Positions 55,414-64,000 of a DNA stretch of 64,000 nucleotides are shown one piece after another (the first letter of the stretch is position 1; each line of letters starts with the position of its first letter). Below the pieces are notes generated by a model. That model searched no databases. It saw nothing but the letters and a program-made list of their open reading frames with translations, and was not told the origin of the DNA. This stretch comes from Eledone cirrhosa (lineage: Eukaryota). The position numbers and the translations under genes were made by a program. The DNA lies in NCBI GenBank assembly GCA_964016885.1, contig OZ024758.1, forward strand, positions 38,254,001 to 38,318,000, read 5' to 3'.

Positions 55414-58400
55414 GTTCATGGTATTAGTTTGTCAGAAGTAACTCCACTGTTGGTGAGAATTCATTTAATTCATGGTATTAGTTGTCAGAAGTAACTCCAA
55501 TGTTGGTGAGAATTCATTTAAGTCATGGTACTAGCTGTCAGAAGTAACTCCAATGTTGGTGAGAAGTCATTTAAGTTCATGGTATTAGCTGTCAGAAGTA
55601 ACTCCACTGTTGGCGAGAATTCATTTAAGTTCATGGTACTAGCTGTCAGAAGTAACTCCAATGTTGGTGAGAATTCATTTAAGTTCATGGTATTAGCTGT
55701 CAGAAGTAACTCCACTGTTGGTGAGAATTCATTTAAGTCATGGTATTAGCTGTCAGAAGTAACTCCAATGTTGGTGAGAATTCATTTAAGTTCATGGTAC
55801 TAGCTGTCAGAAGTAACTCCACTGTTGGTGAGAATTCATTTAAGTTCATGGTATTAGTTTGTCAGAAGTAACTCCACTGTTGGTGAGAATTCATTTAAGT
55901 CATGGTATTAGTTGTCAGAAGTTTACTCCAATGTTGGTGAGAATTCATTTAAGTTCATGGTACTAGCTGTCAGAAGTAACTCCACTGTTGGTGAGAATTC
56001 ATTTAAGTTCATGGTATTAGCTGTCAGAAGTAACTCCACTGTTGGTGAGAATTCATTTAAGTCATGGTATTAGCTGTCAGAAGTAACTCCAATGTTGGTG
56101 AGAATTCATTTAAGTCATGGTACTAGCTGTCAGAAGTAACTCCAATGTTGGTGAGAATTCAGTTAAGTTCATGGTATTAGCTGTCAGAAGGAACTCCACT
56201 GTTGGTGAGAATTCATTTAAGTTCATGTTATTAGTTGTCAGAAGTAACTCCACTGTTGGTGAGAATTCATTTAAGTTCATGGTATTAGCTGTCAGAAGTA
56301 ACCCCAATGTTGGTGAGAATTCATTTAAGTTCATGGTTCTAGCTGTCAGAAGTAACTCCACTGTTGGTGAGAATTCATTTAAGTTCATGGTATTAGCTGT
56401 CAGAAGTAACTCCACTGTTGGTGAGAGTTCATTTAAGTCATGGTATTAGCTGTCAGAAGTAACTCCATTGTTGGTGAGAATTCATTTAAGTCATGGTACT
56501 AGCTGTCAGAAGTAACTCCACTGTTGGTGAGAATTCATTTAAGTTCATGGTATTAGCTGTCAGAAGGAACTCCACTGTTGGTGAGAATTCATTTAAGTTC
56601 ATGGTACTAGCTGTCAGAAGTAACTCCACTGTTGGTGAGAATTCATTTAAGTTCATGGTATTAGTTTGTCAGAAGTAACTCCACTGTTGGTGAGAATTCA
56701 TTTAATTCATGGTATTAGTTGTCAGAAGTAACTCCAATGTTGGTGAGAATTCATTTAAGTCATGGTACTAGCTGTCAGAAGTAACTCCAATGTTGGTGAG
56801 AATTCATTTAAGTTCATGGTATTAGCTGTCAGAAGGAACTCCACTGTTGGTGAGAATTCATTTAAGTTCATGGTATTAGCTGTCAGAAGTAACTCCACTG
56901 TTGGCGAGAATTCATTTAAGTTCATGGTACTAGCTGTCAGAAGTAACTCCAATGTTGGTGAGAATTCATTTAAGTTCATGGTATTAGCTGTCAGAAGTAA
57001 CTCCACTGTTGGTGAGAATTCATTTAAGTCATGGTATTAGCTGTCAGAAGTAACTCCAATGTTGGTGAGAATTCATTTAAGTTCATGGTACTAGCTGTCA
57101 GAAGTAACTCCACTGTTGGTGAGAATTCATTTAAGTTCATGGTATTAGTTTGTCAGAAGTAACTCCACTGTTGGTGAGAATTCATTTAAGTCATGGTATT
57201 AGTTGTCAGAAGTTTACTCCAATGTTGGTGAGAATTCATTTAAGTTCATGGTACTAGCTGTCAGAAGTAACTCCACTGTTGGTGAGAATTCATTTAAGTT
57301 CATGGTATTAGCTGTCAGAAGTAACTCCACTGTTGGTGAGAATTCATTTAAGTCATGGTATTAGCTGTCAGAAGTAACTCCAATGTTGGTGAGAATTCAT
57401 TTAAGTCATGGTACTAGCTGTCAGAAGTAACTCCAATGTTGGTGAGAATTCAGTTAAGTTCATGGTATTAGCTGTCAGAAGGAACTCCACTGTTGGTGAG
57501 AATTCATTTAAGTTCATGGTATTAGCTGTCAGAAGTAACTCCACTGTTGGTGAGAATTCATTTAAGTTCATGGTACTAGCTGTCAGAAGTAACTCCACTG
57601 TTGGTGAGAATTCATTTAAGTTCATGGTACTAGCTGTCAGAAGTAACTCCACTGTTGGTGAGAATTCAGTTAAGTCATGGTATTAGTTGTCAGAAGTAAC
57701 TCCACTGTTGGTGAGAATTCATTTAAATCATGGTATTAGTTGTCAGAAGTAACTCCAATGTTGGTGAGAATTCATTTAATTTCATGGTACTAGCTGTCAG
57801 AAGTAACTCCACTGTTGGTGAGAATTCATTTAAGTCATGGTATTAGTTGTCAGAAGTAACTCCAATGTTGGTGAGAATTCATTTAAGTTCATGGTACTAG
57901 CTGTCAGAAGTAACTCCACTGTTGGTGAGAATTCATTTAAGTTCATGGTATTAGCTGTCAGAAGTAACTCCACTGTTGGTGAGAATTCATTTAAGTCATG
58001 GTATTAGTTGTCAGAAGTAACTCCAATGTTGGTGAGAATTCATTTAAGTTCATGGTACTAGCTGTCAGAAGTAACTCCACTGTTGGTGAGAATTCATTTA
58101 AGTTCATGGTATTAGCTGTCAGAAGTAACTCCACTGTTGGTGAGAATTCATTTAAGTTCATGGTATTAGCTGTCAGAAGTAACTCCACTGTTGGTGAGAA
58201 TTCATTTAAGTTCATGGTATTAGCTGTCAGAAGTAACTCCACTGTTGGTGAGAATTCATTTAAGTTCATGGTATTAGCTGTCAGAAGGAACTCCAATGTT
58301 GGTGAGAATTCATTTAAGTCATGGTACTAGCTTTCAGAAGTAACTCCACTGTTGGTGAGAATTCATTTAAGTTCATGGTATTAGCTGTCAGAAGTAACTC

Positions 58401-61400
58401 CACTGTTGGTGAGAATTCATTTAAGTTCATGGTACTAGCTGTCAGAAGTAACTCCAATGTTGGTGAGAATTCATTTAAGTTCATGGTATTAGCTGTCAGA
58501 AGGAACTCCACTGTTGGTGAGAATTCATTTAAGTTCATGGTATTAGCTGTCAGAAGTAACTCCACTGTTGGTTAGAATTCATTTAAGTTCATGGTACTAG
58601 TTGTCAGAAGTAACTCCACTGTTGGTGAGAATTCATTTAAGTTCATGTTACTAGCTGTCAGAAGTAACTCCACTGTTGGTGAGAATTCATTTAAGTTCAT
58701 GGTATTAGTTTGTCAGAAGTAACTCCACTGTTGGTGAGAATTCATTTAAGTTCATGGTATTAGCTGTCAGAAGTAACTCCACTGTTGGTGAGAATTCATT
58801 TAAGTTCATGGTACTAGCTGTCAGAAGTAACTCCAATGTTGGTGAGAATTCATTTAAGTTCATGGTATTAGCTGTCAGAAGTAACTCCACTGTTGGTGAG
58901 AATTCATTTAAGTCATGGTATTAGCTGTCAGAAGTAACTCCAATGTTGGTGAGAATTCATTTAAGTTCATGGTATTAGCTGTCAGAAGTAACTCCACTGT
59001 TGGTGAGAATTCATTTAAGTTCACGGTACTAGCTGTCAGAAGTAACTCCACTGTTGGTGAGAATTCATTTAAGTTCATGGTATTAGTTTGTCAGAAGTAA
59101 CTCCAATGTTGGTGAGAATTCATTTAAGTTCATGGTACTAGCTGTCAGAAGTAACTCCACTGTTGGTGAGAATTCATTTAAGTTCATGGTATTAGCTGTC
59201 AGAAGTAACTCCACTGTTGGTGAGAATTCATTTAAGTGATGGTATTAGCTGTCAGAAGTAACTCCAATGTTGGTGAGAATTCATTTAAGTCATGGTACTA
59301 GCTGTCAGAAGTAACTCCAATGTTGGTGAGAATTCAGTTAAGTTCATGGTATTAGCTGTCAGAAGGAACTCCACTGTTGGTGAGAATTCATTTAAGTTCA
59401 TGGTATTAGCTGTCAGAAGTAACTCCACTGTTGGTGAGAATTCATTTAAGTTCATGGTACTAGCTGTCAGAAGTAACTCCACTGTTGGTGAGAATTCATT
59501 TAAGTTCATGGTACTAGCTGTCAGAAGTAACTCCACTGTTGGTGAGAATTCATTTAAGTTCATGGTATTAGCTGTCAGAAGTAACTCCACTGTTGGTGAG
59601 AGTTCATTTAAGTCATGGTATTAGCTGTCAGAAGTAACTCCACTGTTGGTGAGAATTCATTTAAGTTCATGGTATTAGCTGTCAGAAGTAACTCCACTGT
59701 TGGTGAGAGTTCATTTAAGTCATGGTATTAGCTGTCAGAAGTAACTCCATTGTTGGTGAGAATTCATTTAAGTCATGGTACTAGCTGTCAGAAGTAACTC
59801 CACTGTTGGTGAGAATTCATTTAAGTTCATGGTATTAGCTGTCAGAAGGAACTCCACTGTTGGTGAGAATTCATTTAAGTTCATGGTACTAGCTGTCAGA
59901 AGTAACTCCACTGTTGGTGAGAATTCATTTAAGTTCATGGTATTAGTTTGTCAGAAGTAACTCCACTGTTGGTGAGAATTCATTTAATTCATGGTATTAG
60001 TTGTCAGAAGTAACTCCAATGTTGGTGAGAATTCATTTAAGTCATGGTACTAGCTGTCAGAAGTAACTCCAATGTTGGTGAGAAGTCATTTAAGTTCATG
60101 GTATTAGCTGTCAGAAGTAACTCCACTGTTGGCGAGAATTCATTTAAGTTCATGGTACTAGCTGTCAGAAGTAACTCCAATGTTGGTGAGAATTCATTTA
60201 AGTTCATGGTATTAGCTGTCAGAAGTAACTCCACTGTTGGTGAGAATTCATTTAAGTCATGGTATTAGCTGTCAGAAGTAACTCCAATGTTGGTGAGAAT
60301 TCATTTAAGTTCATGGTACTAGCTGTCAGAAGTAACTCCACTGTTGGTGAGAATTCATTTAAGTTCATGGTATTAGTTTGTCAGAAGTAACTCCACTGTT
60401 GGTGAGAATTCATTTAAGTCATGGTATTAGTTGTCAGAAGTTTACTCCAATGTTGGTGAGAATTCATTTAAGTTCATGGTACTAGCTGTCAGAAGTAACT
60501 CCACTGTTGGTGAGAATTCATTTAAGTTCATGGTATTAGCTGTCAGAAGTAACTCCACTGTTGGTGAGAATTCATTTAAGTCATGGTATTAGCTGTCAGA
60601 AGTAACTCCAATGTTGGTGAGAATTCATTTAAGTCATGGTACTAGCTGTCAGAAGTAACTCCAATGTTGGTGAGAATTCAGTTAAGTTCATGGTATTAGC
60701 TGTCAGAAGGAACTCCACTGTTGGTGAGAATTCATTTAAGTTCATGTTATTAGTTGTCAGAAGTAACTCCACTGTTGGTGAGAATTCATTTAAGTTCATG
60801 GTATTAGCTGTCAGAAGTAACCCCAATGTTGGTGAGAATTCATTTAAGTTCATGGTTCTAGCTGTCAGAAGTAACTCCACTGTTGGTGAGAATTCATTTA
60901 AGTTCATGGTATTAGCTGTCAGAAGTAACTCCACTGTTGGTGAGAGTTCATTTAAGTCATGGTATTAGCTGTCAGAAGTAACTCCATTGTTGGTGAGAAT
61001 TCATTTAAGTCATGGTACTAGCTGTCAGAAGTAACTCCACTGTTGGTGAGAATTCATTTAAGTTCATGGTATTAGCTGTCAGAAGGAACTCCACTGTTGG
61101 TGAGAATTCATTTAAGTTCATGGTACTAGCTGTCAGAAGTAACTCCACTGTTGGTGAGAATTCAGTTAAGTTCATGGTATTAGTTTGTCAGAAGTAACTC
61201 CACTGTTGGTGAGAATTCATTTAATTCATGGTATTAGTTGTCAGAAGTAACTCCAATGTTGGTGAGAATTCATTTAAGTCATGGTACTAGCTGTCAGAAG
61301 TAACTCCAATGTTGGTGAGAATTCATTTAAGTTCATGGTATTAGCTGTCAGAAGGAACTCCACTGTTGGTGAGAATTCATTTAAGTTCATGGTATTAGCT

Positions 61401-64000
61401 GTCAGAAGTAACTCCACTGTTGGCGAGAATTCATTTAAGTTCATGGTACTAGCTGTCAGAAGTAACTCCAATGTTGGTGAGAATTCATTTAAGTTCATGG
61501 TATTAGCTGTCAGAAGTAACTCCACTGTTGGTGAGAATTCATTTAAGTCATGGTATTAGCTGTCAGAAGTAACTCCAATGTTGGTGAGAATTCATTTAAG
61601 TTCATGGTACTAGCTGTCAGAAGTAACTCCACTGTTGGTGAGAATTCATTTAAGTTCATGGTATTAGTTTGTCAGAAGTAACTCCACTGTTGGTGAGAAT
61701 TCATTTAAGTCATGGTATTAGTTGTCAGAAGTTTACTCCAATGTTGGTGAGAATTCATTTAAGTTCATGGTACTAGCTGTCAGAAGTAACTCCACTGTTG
61801 GTGAGAATTCATTTAAGTTCATGGTATTAGCTGTCAGAAGTAACTCCACTGTTGGTGAGAATTCATTTAAGTCATGGTATTAGCTGTCAGAAGTAACTCC
61901 AATGTTGGTGAGAATTCATTTAAGTCATGGTACTAGCTGTCAGAAGTAACTCCAATGTTGGTGAGAATTCAGTTAAGTTCATGGTATTAGCTGTCAGAAG
62001 GAACTCCACTGTTGGTGAGAATTCATTTAAGTTCATGGTATTAGCTGTCAGAAGTAACTCCACTGTTGGTGAGAATTCATTTAAGTTCATGGTACTAGCT
62101 GTCAGAAGTAACTCCACTGTTGGTGAGAATTCATTTAAGTTCATGGTACTAGCTGTCAGAAGTAACTCCACTGTTGGTGAGAATTCAGTTAAGTCATGGT
62201 ATTAGTTGTCAGAAGTAACTCCACTGTTGGTGAGAATTCATTTAAATCATGGTATTAGTTGTCAGAAGTAACTCCAATGTTGGTGAGAATTCATTTAATT
62301 TCATGGTACTAGCTGTCAGAAGTAACTCCACTGTTGGTGAGAATTCATTTAAGTCATGGTATTAGTTGTCAGAAGTAACTCCAATGTTGGTGAGAATTCA
62401 TTTAAGTTCATGGTACTAGCTGTCAGAAGTAACTCCACTGTTGGTGAGAATTCATTTAAGTTCATGGTATTAGCTGTCAGAAGTAACTCCACTGTTGGTG
62501 AGAATTCATTTAAGTCATGGTATTAGTTGTCAGAAGTAACTCCAATGTTGGTGAGAATTCATTTAAGTTCATGGTACTAGCTGTCAGAAGTAACTCCACT
62601 GTTGGTGAGAATTCATTTAAGTTCATGGTATTAGCTGTCAGAAGTAACTCCACTGTTGGTGAGAATTCATTTAAGTTCATGGTATTAGCTGTCAGAAGTA
62701 ACTCCACTGTTGGTGAGAATTCATTTAAGTTCATGGTATTAGCTGTCAGAAGTAACTCCACTGTTGGTGAGAATTCATTTAAGTTCATGGTATTAGCTGT
62801 CAGAAGGAACTCCAATGTTGGTGAGAATTCATTTAAGTCATGGTACTAGCTTTCAGAAGTAACTCCACTGTTGGTGAGAATTCATTTAAGTTCATGGTAT
62901 TAGCTGTCAGAAGTAACTCCACTGTTGGTGAGAATTCATTTAAGTTCATGGTACTAGCTGTCAGAAGTAACTCCAATGTTGGTGAGAATTCATTTAAGTT
63001 CATGGTATTAGCTGTCAGAAGGAACTCCACTGTTGGTGAGAATTCATTTAAGTTCATGGTATTAGCTGTCAGAAGTAACTCCACTGTTGGTTAGAATTCA
63101 TTTAAGTTCATGGTACTAGTTGTCAGAAGTAACTCCACTGTTGGTGAGAATTCATTTAAGTTCATGTTACTAGCTGTCAGAAGTAACTCCACTGTTGGTG
63201 AGAATTCATTTAAGTTCATGGTATTAGTTTGTCAGAAGTAACTCCACTGTTGGTGAGAATTCATTTAAGTTCATGGTATTAGCTGTCAGAAGTAACTCCA
63301 CTGTTGGTGAGAATTCATTTAAGTTCATGGTACTAGCTGTCAGAAGTAACTCCAATGTTGGTGAGAATTCATTTAAGTTCATGGTATTAGCTGTCAGAAG
63401 TAACTCCACTGTTGGTGAGAATTCATTTAAGTCATGGTATTAGCTGTCAGAAGTAACTCCAATGTTGGTGAGAATTCATTTAAGTTCATGGTATTAGCTG
63501 TCAGAAGTAACTCCACTGTTGGTGAGAATTCATTTAAGTTCACGGTACTAGCTGTCAGAAGTAACTCCACTGTTGGTGAGAATTCATTTAAGTTCATGGT
63601 ATTAGTTTGTCAGAAGTAACTCCAATGTTGGTGAGAATTCATTTAAGTTCATGGTACTAGCTGTCAGAAGTAACTCCACTGTTGGTGAGAATTCATTTAA
63701 GTTCATGGTATTAGCTGTCAGAAGTAACTCCACTGTTGGTGAGAATTCATTTAAGTGATGGTATTAGCTGTCAGAAGTAACTCCAATGTTGGTGAGAATT
63801 CATTTAAGTCATGGTACTAGCTGTCAGAAGTAACTCCAATGTTGGTGAGAATTCAGTTAAGTTCATGGTATTAGCTGTCAGAAGGAACTCCACTGTTGGT
63901 GAGAATTCATTTAAGTTCATGGTATTAGCTGTCAGAAGTAACTCCACTGTTGGTGAGAATTCATTTAAGTTCATGGTACTAGCTGTCAGAAGTAACTCCA
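55110..64000 (+). repeat. Near-perfect tandem duplication of a 4519-bp unit (84 monomers; second copy truncated by the window end)
   Basis: ORF pairs 55256/59775, 55525/60044, 56117/60636, 56762/61281, 57408/61927, 57998/62517, 58321/62840 and 58915/63434 are all offset by 4519. The private variant GTTAGAATTC occurs at 58571 and 63090. Confidence 0.92.

Larger units (their letters stand above)
1..64000 (+). repeat. 54-bp tandem satellite DNA array (~1,190 monomers; extends beyond both window edges)
   Basis: The monomer GAATTCATTTAAGTTCATGGTATTAGCTGTCAGAAGTAACTCCACTGTTGGTGA repeats head-to-tail throughout, typically with 0-3 differences per copy. An exact consensus copy lies at 54-107. No inversion or non-satellite insert was seen. 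Common variants: GGTATTAG/GGTACTAG, CCACTG/CCAATG, AAGTTCAT/AAGTCAT (-1), AGCTGT/AGTTTGT (+1), AAGTAAC/AAGGAAC/AAGTCAC. Confidence 0.99.
41750..64000 (+). repeat. Satellite domain C (variant-defined), ~4.52-kb (84-monomer) higher-order unit
   Basis: Private variants include TTCAGTTAAG, GAAGTTTACT, GAGAGTTC, GGTTCTAG, GGCGAG, GAGTATTC and AAGTGATGG (~43140, 47662, 59234, 63753). AGTCAC, AACGCC and GTTGCTGAG were not seen. Confidence 0.82.

Noticed and set aside
276-63409. Minus-strand ORFs encoding (MNLNEFSPTVELLLTANT)n, superficially leucine-rich-repeat-like
   Set aside because: They are the antisense mirror of the same repeat, broken by the same indels, and lack a proper LxxLxLxxN register with capping domains.
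283-63619. Plus-strand ORFs encoding (MVLAVRSNSTVGENSFKF)n, longest 241 aa at 31452-32177
   Set aside because: They follow from a 54-bp (18-codon) monomer with one stop-free frame. Frameshifting 53/55-bp variants and stop variants (GAATTAA, GGTTAG) are frequent and amplified, and there are no unique termini, domains or expression signals.
1-64000. CRISPR array or other repeat-spacer system
   Set aside because: There are no unique spacers. The whole 54-bp unit is conserved, variation is limited to point changes, and no cas or other genes are present.
1-64000. Variant order as a combinatorial code or diversity-cassette system
   Set aside because: Variant patterns are explained by segmental duplication and recombination of a satellite. 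No recombinase, reverse transcriptase, expression locus or target gene is in the window.
1-64000. Assignment to a named satellite family or organism
   Set aside because: Monomer size and the EcoRI site are not diagnostic, and I cannot confirm a match without a database search.
1-64000. Synthetic concatemer or rolling-circle amplification artefact
   Set aside because: Hierarchically shared variants, domain structure and nested duplications indicate an evolved genomic array, although individual copy numbers may still be mis-assembled.

Overview
The whole 64 kb window is one uninterrupted, head-to-tail, single-orientation array of about 1,190 copies of a 54-bp satellite monomer. The consensus is GAATTCATTTAAGTTCATGGTATTAGCTGTCAGAAGTAACTCCACTGTTGGTGA (about 37% GC, one EcoRI site, no CpG); 53-bp and 55-bp variants are common. 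I see no genes, RNA genes, transposons, CRISPR spacers or unique sequence. All listed ORFs are by-products of an 18-codon monomer that is stop-free in one frame per strand. The informative structure is the order of monomer variants. It divides the array into four variant-defined domains (about 1-14.9 kb, 14.9-27.1 kb, 27.1-41.7 kb and 41.8-64 kb) with nested, irregular higher-order duplications (periods of about 970, 1023, 1078, 2208, 2745, 3283, 3495, 3765, 4519 and 6196 bp, read from diagnostic variants and ORF-track offsets). This looks like eukaryotic heterochromatic, possibly (peri)centromeric or subtelomeric, satellite DNA. I cannot name the family or organism from sequence alone, and I found no support for a novel gene-encoded system.
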